A DNA stretch of 64,000 bases from Verrucomicrobiota bacterium (lineage in GTDB: Bacteria; Verrucomicrobiota; Verrucomicrobiia; Limisphaerales; UBA11358). Positions 10,739-19,950 of the stretch are shown here, piece by piece; position 1 is the first letter of the stretch; every line of letters starts with the position of its first letter. The stretch covers positions 33,248-97,247 of the forward strand of contig JBEKXN010000003.1 of the NCBI GenBank assembly GCA_049511835.1. Reading direction: 5' to 3'. A program made the translations under genes and the position numbers. The notes under the pieces are model-generated. The model did not search any database, was not told where the DNA came from, and was given only the letters and a program-made list of their open reading frames with translations.

Positions 10739-11694
10739 AACAAGGTTTCCACTTTGTCCCAAGCTTCGGGACGTTGGGCAACTTTTTCGCGCCCACTCGG
10801 AATGTGAACTGGTTTGCCAAGCGGACGAAGTTTGAGCGTGCCTTCCGCCAACATCATCAGCCGTTCGCGTGCCGCCGCGAGATAAGCTGAATCACGGTCA
10901 CAGCCGACGGCCCGGCGTTCATGTCTTGCCGCAGCAATGAGTGTCGAACCCACGCCGCAATACGGGTCATACACCCAGTCGTCTTTATCTGTCAGCGCGA
11001 GAACGCAACGCTCGACCAATTCAACCGGGAACTGACAGGGGTGTTCGGTTTTTTCAGGGTGATTGGCTTTCACGTTTGGAATTTCCCAAATCTCCTTTTC
11101 CCAATCGTTCGCGACAATGGCCCACACATCGGACGGGTTTTTGCCGAGTGGATTTCCTGATGGCTGCCCGCGTTTTTCGCCCTTGAAATGAAGTTTGCCA
11201 GGATATTTTGCCGGAACACGAACTGGATCAAGTTGAAACTTGTAATCGTCACTTTTGGTAAACCACAGGATTGTCTCGTAACGACCAGACAGCCGATTCG
11301 TGCAGTGCAGCCCATGTTCAAAATGCCAGATGATGCGATTGCGAAGTTGTAGACCGAGCGACTTGAAAAGTTCGTAATAATAAATGTCCAACGGAAAGAT
11401 TTCGCCATCCTCCACATAATTCCCGACCTGCCAGCAAATGCTGCCGTCCGGCTTGAGAATGCGAACCAGTTCCGACAGCAACGGCTTTTGCTGTGCCAGG
11501 TATTCCCGCAACGTCAACCGCTCCTCATATTCTTTTCCGATATTGTAAGGCGGTGACGAAATCACGAGCGAAAAGAAATTTGCGGGGAGCGATTTGGCAA
11601 GCGCCAACGAGTCAGCGCAGACGAGTGCAAGCCGTTCCTCTTCGTTAAAATGGTCGGCAACTGTGAGCGTTTCGTTGAACAGCGATTTTACCAT
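10735..11694 (-). CDS. Site-specific DNA methyltransferase, beta class (N4-C/N6-A)
   Basis: Motif IV SPPY precedes motif I DPYCGVGST; HPCQFP. Confidence 0.92.
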   Translation of the reverse strand: MVKSLFNETLTVADHFNEEERLALVCADSLALAKSLPANFFSLVISSPPYNIGKEYEERLTLREYLAQQKPLLSELVRILKPDGSICWQVGNYVEDGEIFPLDIYYYELFKSLGLQLRNRIIWHFEHGLHCTNRLSGRYETILWFTKSDDYKFQLDPVRVPAKYPGKLHFKGEKRGQPSGNPLGKNPSDVWAIVANDWEKEIWEIPNVKANHPEKTEHPCQFPVELVERCVLALTDKDDWVYDPYCGVGSTLIAAARHERRAVGCDRDSAYLAAARERLMMLAEGTLKLRPLGKPVHIPSGREKVAQRPEAWDKVETLL

Positions 11695-11930
11695 TTACAT
11701 TCTTTCGTGCTGATGAAGTGTTGATCAATTTCGCGTATCTTGCAAGCAAAGGCCGCTTTGAATCAAGATGTGGGCGTAAGCATTCGCGGACAAACTCGCC
11801 CATCGCCCTCTTGGCGATTGTCTGAAACCGGGCGCTGGAGGTCGGGAATCGCAGTTGCAAGCAGCCGCGGGCATGCAGCCGGAGGGCTGGTTCAGTCCGG
11901 CGGTTTGTTTTTGCGCGGAACATAAGGGGT

Positions 11931-11959
11931 TTGACTCGGCGGCTGGGCAAACGTAAATT
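11931..11959 (+). promoter_or_regulatory. Putative sigma70 promoter of the polyprenyl synthase/ECF/parA operon
   Basis: TTGACT-N17-TAAATT ending 9 bp before ATG 11969. Confidence 0.5.
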
Positions 11960-11968
11960 CCCACCCGA

Positions 11969-13021
11969 ATGCTGGTAGCCGAATCAAAGGTGGCGAGTGC
12001 GAATGCGGTTGACTCGCCGGAAGCCAATCCGAATCGTTCCTGGAAACAAATCGTGGGACCGGTGGAACCGTTTCTTCAGGCGGTCACGCGGCAATTGATC
12101 CGGCAGGTCAACGATTTTGATCCGCAAATCATTCCCTATGCGCAATACGCCCTGAACGGCGGCGGGAAACATCTGCGTCCCACGATTCTGGCGCTGTCCG
12201 CCGGCGCGCTCGGCGAGGTCACCGAGGCGCACGTGACGGCGGCGGTCATCATTGAAATGGTGCACCTGGCCACGCTGGTGCATGACGATGTGATGGACGA
12301 GGCGGAAATCCGCCGCGACCGGCTCACGCTGGCGGCCAATTGGGGCAACGAAATCGCCGTGCTGTTCGGTGATTGTCTGTTTGCGCAGGCGTTGAAACTG
12401 GCGGCCAGCTTTCCGACGCCGGAAGTTTGCCGCGCCGTCGCGATGGCGACGAACACGGTTTGTTCCGGGGAAATTTTGCAGACGCAGCACCGCCACAAGT
12501 TTCAAGTCTCGCGGCGCGAGTATTTCCGCGTCATCGAAATGAAAACCGCCGAACTGTTCACGCTGGCGTGCGATCTGGCGGCGTTTTTGAGCGGGGCGAC
12601 GCCGAAACGGCGCGCCGCCTTGCGGCAGTTCGGCGCGGCGTTCGGCACGGCGTATCAGGTTTATGACGATTGCGTGGATTTGTTCGGAACGGAAGCGCTG
12701 GCCGGCAAATCGCTGGGCACGGATTTGGCAAAGGGCAAATTGACGTGGCCGGTGTTGCTGGCGTGGGAACGCGCGAACGCCGCCGACCGGGCGCGCCTGG
12801 AAAACCTGGTTGAAAACTGGCAGCCGGGAAATTTGTCCGCCGTGAACGAATTGCTGGCCCGATACGAAACCTTTGGGCCGTCGCGGGAAGTCATCGCGCG
12901 CTATTTGGAGCAGGCGCGGCGGGGGTTGCGGGTTTTGCCGGAATCCGGCGGGCGCGCGGGATTGTTCGGTCTGGCGGATTTTTTAGCGCAACAAACCGAC
13001 GCCCTGGCGGTTTGTATTTGA
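11969..13021 (+). CDS. Polyprenyl diphosphate synthase (IspB/HepT-like)
   Basis: GGKHLRP, LVHDDVMD and QVYDDCVD Asp-rich motifs, KTAELF. Confidence 0.93.
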   Translation: MLVAESKVASANAVDSPEANPNRSWKQIVGPVEPFLQAVTRQLIRQVNDFDPQIIPYAQYALNGGGKHLRPTILALSAGALGEVTEAHVTAAVIIEMVHLATLVHDDVMDEAEIRRDRLTLAANWGNEIAVLFGDCLFAQALKLAASFPTPEVCRAVAMATNTVCSGEILQTQHRHKFQVSRREYFRVIEMKTAELFTLACDLAAFLSGATPKRRAALRQFGAAFGTAYQVYDDCVDLFGTEALAGKSLGTDLAKGKLTWPVLLAWERANAADRARLENLVENWQPGNLSAVNELLARYETFGPSREVIARYLEQARRGLRVLPESGGRAGLFGLADFLAQQTDALAVCI

Positions 13022-13028
13022 ATAAATC

Positions 13029-13649
13029 ATGATTATGTCCGCTCCAGTCACACGCACGGATGATTCAGAGACGCCCGCATCGGGGGATGAAGAGTTGCTG
13101 GTGCGGCGGGCGCGGCGGGGCGATTTGGAGGCTTACGATGAACTGGTGCGGCGCCATCAGGAACGCATCTACGCGACGATTTATCACATGACCGCCAATC
13201 ACGAGGACGCCAACGACCTGGCCCAGGAATCGTTCATCAAGGCATTTCAGGCGCTGAAATCCTTCAAAGGCGGCTCCAGTTTTTACACCTGGCTGTACCG
13301 GATTGCGGTCAACAAAACGATTAATTTTCTCAAACAGCGCAAAAACCGCATTCACATGAGCCTGAACGATTTGGACTTCAAAGCCGAGCACGACCCGGAT
13401 TTAATGGCCTTGATTTCGGACAAAACACCGCGCCGCGACGCCAGTTTGACGGAATTGCAGGAAAAATTGAACGCGGCACTGCTAAAGTTGTCTGAACCTC
13501 ATAGATTGGTGGTTGTGCTGCACGATGTGCAGGGGCAATCACACGAAGAAATTGCAGAGATTATGGATTGCAACATTGGCACTGTCCGGTCGCGGCTGTT
13601 TTACGCCCGACAGCAATTACAGGCTTTGTTGTCCGATTACTTGAAGTAA
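13029..13649 (+). CDS. ECF sigma-70 factor (RpoE-like)
   Basis: DANDLAQESFIKAF, FYTWLYRIAVN, EIAEIMDCNIGTVRSRLFYAR. Confidence 0.93.
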   Translation: MIMSAPVTRTDDSETPASGDEELLVRRARRGDLEAYDELVRRHQERIYATIYHMTANHEDANDLAQESFIKAFQALKSFKGGSSFYTWLYRIAVNKTINFLKQRKNRIHMSLNDLDFKAEHDPDLMALISDKTPRRDASLTELQEKLNAALLKLSEPHRLVVVLHDVQGQSHEEIAEIMDCNIGTVRSRLFYARQQLQALLSDYLK

Positions 13650-13654
13650 GAAGT

Positions 13655-14146
13655 ATGAACGAAAACGAAAATAACTTCGAGTCGTTGCGCCGCTTGCTGG
13701 TTCTCAAACGGTACGAAACGCCACCACCGGGATATTTCAACTATTTTTCAAGCCAAGTGCTGCAACGAATCCGCGCCGGCGACACCGGGAAATCGGCCAA
13801 CTGGTTGGAGGAATTGTTTGGTCAGGCGCCCTGGCTGGAAAAATTGTTGCAGGTGTTGGATATGAAACCGGTGTTTGCGAGCGCCTTTGCGGGTGCTCTT
13901 TGTTTGCTGCTGTTTCTCGGAATTATTTATGCGGATCGCCCGGATCTCACGTCGCAGCCGGTTCTGCAGGCCACCGCCACCGCCACTTCACTCGCTGCCA
14001 TGTCGCCATCCCTGTTGCAGTCAGCAGACCAGGTGGGCATCGTGTCCAGCACCAATCCAGTGTTAAGCCTTCAGCCGGTCGCTTCGCTTTTTGGCCAGCA
14101 AACTTCGCTCGCCCAGCCGGTCAGCTTTACCATTCCCGGCAACTGA
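13655..14146 (+). CDS. Putative anti-sigma membrane protein
   Basis: Directly after ECF sigma; KRYETPPPGYF cytoplasmic part, one TM segment. Confidence 0.6.
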   Translation: MNENENNFESLRRLLVLKRYETPPPGYFNYFSSQVLQRIRAGDTGKSANWLEELFGQAPWLEKLLQVLDMKPVFASAFAGALCLLLFLGIIYADRPDLTSQPVLQATATATSLAAMSPSLLQSADQVGIVSSTNPVLSLQPVASLFGQQTSLAQPVSFTIPGN

Positions 14147-14206
14147 TCCGATTTGAAATGCGTTGCGCGCTTGAAACAGCGCCGCGCTTGTCATTAAATC
14201 GGGCGG

Positions 14207-14983
14207 GTGCCAACCAAAATCATCGCGGTCGCCAACCAAAAAGGCGGCGTGGGCAAGACCACCACGGCCGTCAATCTGGCTGCCTGCCTTGCCGCGCTGG
14301 GGCAGCGCGTGCTCCTGTTTGACCTCGATCCGCAGGCCAACGCCACCAGCGGCCTCGGCCTGGAAAAAACCGAGGGTGCCAGCGCCTATCGGGTTTTGCT
14401 GGGTGAAGGCAGCCTGCTCGACAAAATCAAAAGCACCGCCTTCGAGCGGCTGGCCGTCGTTCCCAGCGAAGTGGATTTGTGCGCCGCCGATCTCGAACTG
14501 GCACGAATGGAAAATCATCTGCTCCGCCTTGCCGGCGTGTTGCAGCCCGTGCTGGAATCGCAGCGGTTCGACGTGGTCCTGATTGATTGTCCGCCGTCGC
14601 TGGGCATTCTCACCCTGAACGCCTTTGCCGCGAGTGACGGTTTGCTCGTGCCGTTGCAATGTGAATATTACTCGCTCGAAGGCATTTCCATGATGGATCG
14701 CGTGCTCAACCAGTTGCGCAACGCGGGCATCAATCCGCGCCTCGACATCTTCGGCGTCGTGATGACGATGTTCGATGGCCGGACGAAACTTTCCAACGAG
14801 GTCGTCAGCGAAGTCCGCAATCAGCTTGGCGCGCGCGTGTTTGAAACCGTGATTCCGCGCAGCACGCGCCTCGCCGAAGCGCCGAGTTTCGGCAAACCGA
14901 TCATCCATTACGACAAATACAGTTCCGGCGCGGCGGCCTATGAACTGCTCGCGCAGGAAGTCTTGAAACGGCTGGCAGGTTGA
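14207..14983 (+). CDS. parA: ParA/Soj family ATPase
   Basis: [43 protein letters not shown]. Confidence 0.93.
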   Translation: MPTKIIAVANQKGGVGKTTTAVNLAACLAALGQRVLLFDLDPQANATSGLGLEKTEGASAYRVLLGEGSLLDKIKSTAFERLAVVPSEVDLCAADLELARMENHLLRLAGVLQPVLESQRFDVVLIDCPPSLGILTLNAFAASDGLLVPLQCEYYSLEGISMMDRVLNQLRNAGINPRLDIFGVVMTMFDGRTKLSNEVVSEVRNQLGARVFETVIPRSTRLAEAPSFGKPIIHYDKYSSGAAAYELLAQEVLKRLAG

Positions 14984-15026
14984 TTTGTTGCTTCATTCCG
15001 CATTCCAAATTCCACATTCTCAAACC

Positions 15027-16172
15027 ATGCTCAAGCGCACGCCACTTTATACCGCGCACCAGAAACTCGGCGGCAAACTTGTCGAATTCGGCGGCTGGGA
15101 AATGCCGGTGCAATACACCAGCATCACGGACGAACACCTCGCCGTCCGCCAGGCCGCCGGCATCTTCGACATCTCGCACATGGGCGAAGTCACCGCCAGC
15201 GGTTCGGTCGCGGCGGAGTTTCTGAATTCCGTTCTGACGAACGACATCCGCAAGCTCGCGCCCGGCGAAGGCCAATACACTTTGATGTGCAACGAGCGCG
15301 GCGGCGTCATTGACGATCTGTACGCCTACCGGTTGTCCGGTGAGGTTTTTTTTCTGGTCATCAACGCCTCGCGTATCGAACCGGACGTCGCCTGGCTGCA
15401 GGCGCAAGCCGCCCGGTTTCCGCGGCAGGATGACTTGCGATTGACCGACGCCTCGCACAACTACGCTGCCGTGGCCGTGCAAGGCCCGCGCGTGAAGGAA
15501 TTTATAGACGCTGTCATTCCCGGCCCGTCCGTCTCGGCCATGCGCGTCAATGTCGTGACCGGTTTGAAGAAAAACCAGATCGGCGAGTTTCATTTTGAAA
15601 AAGGCGGCGTCCTGGTCTCGCGCACCGGCTACACCGGCGAGGACGGATTTGAAATCGTCGGCTCGGACGAAGCCATCCGGCGCATTTGGGACGCTCTGCT
15701 CACTGCCGGGCACGCGTTCGGCATCAGGCCGTGCGGCCTCGGCGCGCGCGATACACTGCGCACGGAGGTTTGCTATCCGCTTTACGGCCATGAGCTGGAC
15801 GAGCAAACCACACCCATCGAGGCCGGACTCGGATTTTTTGTCGCGCTCGACAAGGGCGAATTCAATGGGCGCGCCGTTCTCGCGGAACAAAAAGCCAACG
15901 GCACGAAGAAAAAACTCGTCGCTTTCAAGATGGCGGGCAAATCCGCGCCGCCGCGGCCGCATTATCTGATCTGGGTGAACGGCGCGAATGCCGGCATCGT
16001 CACCAGCGGCACGCAAAGCCCGTCGCTCGGCATCGGCATTGGCATGGGCTACGTGCCAGCGGGATTTGCGAAGCCCGACACAAACATTGAAATTGAAATC
16101 CGCGGCAAACGCTTCGCGGCGGTGGTGGTGTCCAAACCGATTTACAAGAAGCCCTCCCCAGGAACCTCGTAG
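15027..16172 (+). CDS. gcvT: Glycine cleavage aminomethyltransferase T
   Basis: [40 protein letters not shown]. Confidence 0.96.
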   Translation: MLKRTPLYTAHQKLGGKLVEFGGWEMPVQYTSITDEHLAVRQAAGIFDISHMGEVTASGSVAAEFLNSVLTNDIRKLAPGEGQYTLMCNERGGVIDDLYAYRLSGEVFFLVINASRIEPDVAWLQAQAARFPRQDDLRLTDASHNYAAVAVQGPRVKEFIDAVIPGPSVSAMRVNVVTGLKKNQIGEFHFEKGGVLVSRTGYTGEDGFEIVGSDEAIRRIWDALLTAGHAFGIRPCGLGARDTLRTEVCYPLYGHELDEQTTPIEAGLGFFVALDKGEFNGRAVLAEQKANGTKKKLVAFKMAGKSAPPRPHYLIWVNGANAGIVTSGTQSPSLGIGIGMGYVPAGFAKPDTNIEIEIRGKRFAAVVVSKPIYKKPSPGTS

Positions 16173-16238
16173 CCGCGGGCGTTGGTCCGCGCACTTTATA
16201 TCCAATGAAAGTCAGCGCCGATTCACGTCGGCGGCTAC
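16169..16238. repeat. GTAG...CTAC-bracketed palindromic element (REP/REPIN-like)
   Basis: gtagccgc (overlaps gcvT stop) ... gcggctac. Confidence 0.55.
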
Positions 16239-16333
16239 GGTTTTGGGTTTCAAAAAATGGAATTGAGAATCTGTGTCATTCCGCCTTCGCCTTGCTTCGG
16301 CGCGACGAGCCGCGTAATCTCAGTTGAAAATTT

Positions 16334-16717
16334 ATGAGCAATGTCCCTGCGGATTTGAAATACACAAAATCTCACGAATGGGTGCGCGTCAACGGCAACA
16401 TCGCCACCGTCGGCATCACCGACCACGCGCAACACGAATTGACCGACATTGTCTTCGTTGAACTGCCGGATGTGGGCCGGAAGGTCAAGGCCGGCGAAGC
16501 CTGTGCCGTGGTGGAATCGGTGAAGACCGCCAGCGACATTTATTCGCCGTTGAGCGGTGAAATTCTGGAGGCGAACAGACTGGTCGTGGACGATCCGGCG
16601 CTGGTGAACAGCGAACCTCACGCCGACGGCTGGTTTTACAAAATCAAATTAAGCAATCCCGCTGAACTGAACGCGCTGCTGTCGCCGGAGCAATATAAAA
16701 AGCAAATCGATGGCTAG
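16334..16717 (+). CDS. gcvH: Glycine cleavage H protein
   Basis: [16 protein letters not shown], lipoyl-Lys in [13 protein letters not shown]. Confidence 0.97.
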   Translation: MSNVPADLKYTKSHEWVRVNGNIATVGITDHAQHELTDIVFVELPDVGRKVKAGEACAVVESVKTASDIYSPLSGEILEANRLVVDDPALVNSEPHADGWFYKIKLSNPAELNALLSPEQYKKQIDG

Positions 16718-16755
16718 GCGGGTAGGCAATAGTCCGCTCGGAACGCGGCTTTTAA

Positions 16756-16827
16756 TTGTAGGTGACGACATGCGGCATCTCTAACTTTTCTTCTTTAAAT
16801 TGAGTCTCGTCACCTCGACTCCTACAA
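16756..16827. repeat. GTAG...CTAC-bracketed palindromic element (REP/REPIN-like)
   Basis: ttgtagg ... cctacaa, with inner gtgacga/tcgtcac. Confidence 0.55.
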
Positions 16828-16883
16828 TATATTTCTGAAAAATCCATGTTCATCCGTGTTCATCCGTGGTTAATTAAATTTAT

Positions 16884-17771
16884 ATGGCTGTGACTGAATT
16901 GAAACCGCGCCCGCGATTGCCGGACTGGCTGCGCATCACGCTGCCCACGTCGGACAGCTTCGCGCGCACACGCAGCCTGCTGGACGAGCTGAAGCTGCAC
17001 ACGGTCTGCGAAAGCGCGAAGTGCCCGAACCATTGGGAATGCTGGGAGAAGGGCACGGCCACGTTCATGATCGCCGGCGACCGTTGCACGCGCGCCTGCG
17101 GTTTTTGCGCGGTGTCCACGGCCAAACCGCTCCCGCTCGAAGCGGATGAACCAAGGCGCGTGGCCGAGGCGACGCGGCGGATGCGGTTGCGACATATCGT
17201 CATCACCGCCGTCGCCCGCGATGATCTGGCGGATGGCGGCGCGGACCATTTCCGGAAGACGGTTGAAGCCGTGCGCGAACTGAATCCGGGCATTGTAATC
17301 GAAGTGCTGGTGCCGGATTTCAATGAGAGCGATGTTGCGATTGAAGCCGTGCTGGCGGCCAACCCGCACATTTTCAATCACAATCTCGAAACCGTGCGGC
17401 GGCTGACGCCGTCGGTGCGCCATCGCGCGACTTACGACCGTTCGTTGAGCGTGCTGCGGAGGGTGAAGGGCAAGCGCGGCGACACGATTTACACCAAGTC
17501 CGGCCTGATGCTCGGTTTGGGCGAGGCGGAAGAGGAAGTCATGATGGCGCTGGAAGATTTGCGCCGGGCAGGTTGCGACATTCTCACGCTCGGCCAGTAT
17601 CTCCAGCCCACGTTGAAACATTTGCCGGTGGTGGAATTTGTTTCACCCGAAAAATTTGAAGAATACGGCCGGCGGGCAGGGGAGCTGGGCTTCGTTCACG
17701 TCGCCAGCGGCCCGATGGTGCGGAGTTCGTATCACGCGGACGAATTCAACCTGCCGTCAGCGCATCGGTAA
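16884..17771 (+). CDS. lipA: Lipoyl synthase
   Basis: CESAKCPNHWEC (CX4CX5C), CTRACGFC, C-terminal VRSSYHA. Confidence 0.97.
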   Translation: MAVTELKPRPRLPDWLRITLPTSDSFARTRSLLDELKLHTVCESAKCPNHWECWEKGTATFMIAGDRCTRACGFCAVSTAKPLPLEADEPRRVAEATRRMRLRHIVITAVARDDLADGGADHFRKTVEAVRELNPGIVIEVLVPDFNESDVAIEAVLAANPHIFNHNLETVRRLTPSVRHRATYDRSLSVLRRVKGKRGDTIYTKSGLMLGLGEAEEEVMMALEDLRRAGCDILTLGQYLQPTLKHLPVVEFVSPEKFEEYGRRAGELGFVHVASGPMVRSSYHADEFNLPSAHR

Positions 17772-18377
17772 AAATCCACGTCGCATGAAAAGGAAAATGG
17801 CGACGCCAATGAGGACGATCCCCACGACAAACGCGATGACGGTAATGGTGGTCGTCATCGTGCGGGCTTGATCCAGCGTTTCAGCGGTTCGTTTTTTTTC
17901 CGATTCCCGGAAGGCCTCAAGTTCCTTTTCGAGCGCGCCGATGGCTTCCTCGTTTTTAAGCTGGATGGTCAGCCATTTCTCCCCGGAACGTTTCCATTCC
18001 GCGGGCAGGCGCTCGAGGATTTCGGCGTTCGCGGGTTGAAAGCCCCAGCGGACCCAAAACGGCGAATTTTCCTGCGTCCACAACCGAAAGACGCCGTGAT
18101 GGGCGGCAATGGTCTGGATGCGTTCCCAGAACAATTGCCGCGCGGCATCAGCCGCGGCAAAATCCGTATAACCTTCGCTGTGGAGCAGGGCGTGCTGGCG
18201 GATGATTTGAACGCCAATCGCGCCGACGATTTGTCCGTCGGCAGCTTCAATCACCTGGAATTCGGTCAGTCGTTTTTCCAATTCACCCGCCGGCAGGCGC
18301 ATGGAATGCCAAAGCGACCTGAGGCTTTGAAAATCATCCGTGGTGGCGCGGCGAATGCGAATGGCTGACGGATTCAT
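17757..18377 (-). CDS. GNAT-fold (amino-acid N-acetyltransferase-like) protein with C-terminal TM helix
   Basis: IRRATTDD, IVGAIG, LWTQENSPFWVRWGF; hydrophobic C-terminus. Confidence 0.6.
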   Translation of the reverse strand: MNPSAIRIRRATTDDFQSLRSLWHSMRLPAGELEKRLTEFQVIEAADGQIVGAIGVQIIRQHALLHSEGYTDFAAADAARQLFWERIQTIAAHHGVFRLWTQENSPFWVRWGFQPANAEILERLPAEWKRSGEKWLTIQLKNEEAIGALEKELEAFRESEKKRTAETLDQARTMTTTITVIAFVVGIVLIGVAIFLFMRRGFLPMR

Positions 18378-18453
18378 ACCGGTTCACAAATTGACCTGAC
18401 CCTGACCGAAAGTCAAAACCACTGTAAAAATTGAAACCACTGAAAAAACAGGC

Positions 18454-18527
18454 GTAGCGGCTTTCGGCAGAAAGCCGGATAATTTAGTTTCCCGAAGAAA
18501 TGCGGCGGTCCGCCGACACGCCGCTAT
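18454..18527. repeat. GTAG...CTA(T)-bracketed palindromic element (REP/REPIN-like)
   Basis: gtagcggc ... gccgctat with internal hairpin ggctttcggcagaaagcc. Confidence 0.5.
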
Positions 18528-18628
18528 GATGAGCCGGGGTTTTTCAGAGGCCCCAATTCATCCAGCCGCGCGATTTGCTTTTCCAAAAAATTGTGCCATT
18601 TTGGGCGGGATAAAATCTAATTCGAACC

Positions 18629-19279
18629 ATGAATAATGAAACTACCCGGCAATTGTTGAATGCATTGCATTGGCGTTACGCCACGAAAGTTTTTGACGCG
18701 GCCAAAAAAATTCCTGCCGATGTCTGGCAAACCCTGGAACAGGCGCTCGTGCTCACACCCAGTTCCTATGGCCTGCAGCCGTATCGTTTTCTCGTCATCA
18801 ACGACCCCGTCAAACGCGCCGAATTGCTGCCGCATTCGTGGGACCAAAAGCAGGTCGTGGACGCTTCGCACTTTGTCGTGTTCACCGCCCGCACCAATAT
18901 GACCGGGGCCGACGTGAACAAACTCATCCAACGCACCAGCGACATCCGCAAAATTCCCCCCGAGTCGCTGAACTTTTACCGCGACCTGATGCTCGGCGAC
19001 ATTGTCAACGGTCCGCGCAGCAAAACCGCCCACGAATGGGCGGCGCGCCAGACTTACATCGCCCTCGGCAATTTGATGACCTGCGCCGCCGTGCTGGGCG
19101 TGGACGCCTGTCCGATGGAAGGCCTCAGCCCCGCCGAATATGACCGCGTGCTGGGTTTGAACTACAGCGGCTACGCGACGGTGGTGGCCTGCGCGCTGGG
19201 TTATCGCGCCGCCAACGACAAATACGCGAGCCTGCCCAAGGTGCGGTATGAGGCAAAAGAACTCATCCAGCAGGTTTGA
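18629..19279 (+). CDS. NAD(P)H-dependent nitroreductase (NfsB-like)
   Basis: WRYATKVFD, LTPSSYGLQP, YIALGNLM, VDACPMEG. Confidence 0.93.
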   Translation: MNNETTRQLLNALHWRYATKVFDAAKKIPADVWQTLEQALVLTPSSYGLQPYRFLVINDPVKRAELLPHSWDQKQVVDASHFVVFTARTNMTGADVNKLIQRTSDIRKIPPESLNFYRDLMLGDIVNGPRSKTAHEWAARQTYIALGNLMTCAAVLGVDACPMEGLSPAEYDRVLGLNYSGYATVVACALGYRAANDKYASLPKVRYEAKELIQQV

Positions 19280-19361
19280 GAAAAAAGGATTACGATTCGC
19301 AAAGCCGAAGAGCGCGGGCAGGGGAGCGGCGAACTGGCATTCATGTATTTGATGGGCTGCG

Positions 19362-19721
19362 TCATGCTGTTGTTGTCCGATCCGGGACGTTTCTCGTTGG
19401 ACAAGGCAATGTTTTTGGCAGGGGTGGCAGGACTGGCAGGGCGAAGAAAAAACTGAAACTGGCAGACCTGCCGAGTTCACTTAAAAAAAACATTTCTTTC
19501 AATCTTCGACGGCCCGTTGCCGATTTATAAAATTTCTCTTTCTGCCGGGCTTCACTCAATGTTTCAAACGATTCGGTATAAATTCCCTTGTAAGGACGAT
19601 ATGGGACCGAGGATTTAACTCTGCCCGCATTATGTTCGCCTAGACGTTTATCAACATCGTCTGCAACGCCGGTATAGGTTCGCGTTTTGGTCTCGTTAAG
19701 AAGAATATAAACGTAATGCAT
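19362..19721 (-). CDS. Small GIY-YIG nuclease family protein
   Basis: YVYIL..TYTG..KRLGEHNAG..EARQKEKFYKS; tail reads through tandem TGGCAGG repeats. Confidence 0.85.
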   Translation of the reverse strand: MHYVYILLNETKTRTYTGVADDVDKRLGEHNAGRVKSSVPYRPYKGIYTESFETLSEARQKEKFYKSATGRRRLKEMFFLSELGRSASFSFFFALPVLPPLPKTLPCPTRNVPDRTTTA

Positions 19722-19734
19722 CGTGCCATTCCTA

Positions 19735-19809
19735 GCGGATCCGCCTTGTCAAAATTTAATTTTGACAAGGCGAGATCTCGCCAAAATTTTTCCTCGAAAA
19801 ATTTTGGCG
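19735..19809. repeat. Chain of inverted repeats downstream of the tRNA 3' end
   Basis: 13-bp IR 19742-19754/19760-19772 and 14-bp IR 19779-19792/19796-19809, joined by palindromes GCGGATCCGC and GGCGAGATCTCGCC. Confidence 0.85.
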
Positions 19810-19832
19810 GAGAGAGAGGGATTCGAACCCCC
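19805..19832 (-). other. Displaced 3' fragment of tRNA-Ser (att core, left junction of ICE)
   Basis: Minus strand reads GGGGGTTCGAATCCCTCTCTCTCCGCCA (T-arm, acceptor 3' strand, G73, CCA); no 5' tRNA half upstream; next to integrase. Confidence 0.8.
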
Positions 19833-19892
19833 GATACGACTCCGCACTGCATATTTAACTATTTCCAAGCAATCCGACACTTTGAAACACGC

Positions 19893-19929
19893 TTGACATC
19901 AGCGAATGTTGCCACTATTGTTGCCACTA
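19893..19929 (+). promoter_or_regulatory. Integrase promoter overlapped by tandem 11-bp repeats (putative arm-type sites)
   Basis: TTGACA(19893)-N17-TATTGT(19916); TGTTGCCACTA at 19907 and 19919. Confidence 0.65.
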
Positions 19930-19950
19930 GAATTATACGAAAGGCACAAT

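Noticed and set aside
9140-11750. Mobile element carrying the R-M islet
   Set aside because: No transposase, integrase or flanking direct repeats seen
14207-14983. parA as an ICE partition gene
   Set aside because: It lies among housekeeping genes 5 kb outside the att junction
14985-15026. Glycine riboswitch before gcvT
   Set aside because: The gap is only ~43 bp of ATTCC-type low-complexity repeats, too short for the aptamer
16845-16872. Short tandem repeats (ATCCGTGTTC-type here; GCGGAAC at ~1775; ATTCCGC at ~14995)
   Set aside because: Two to three copies of low-complexity intergenic units with no specific function supportable
19735-19782. GGATCC and AGATCT sites as deliberate targets of the nearby BglII-family R-M system
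   Set aside because: They are simply centres of palindromes, and the enzyme's specificity is unknown
19805-19895. Complete tRNA-Ser gene
   Set aside because: Only the T-arm and 3' acceptor strand are present; the sequence 5' of it cannot form D or anticodon arms
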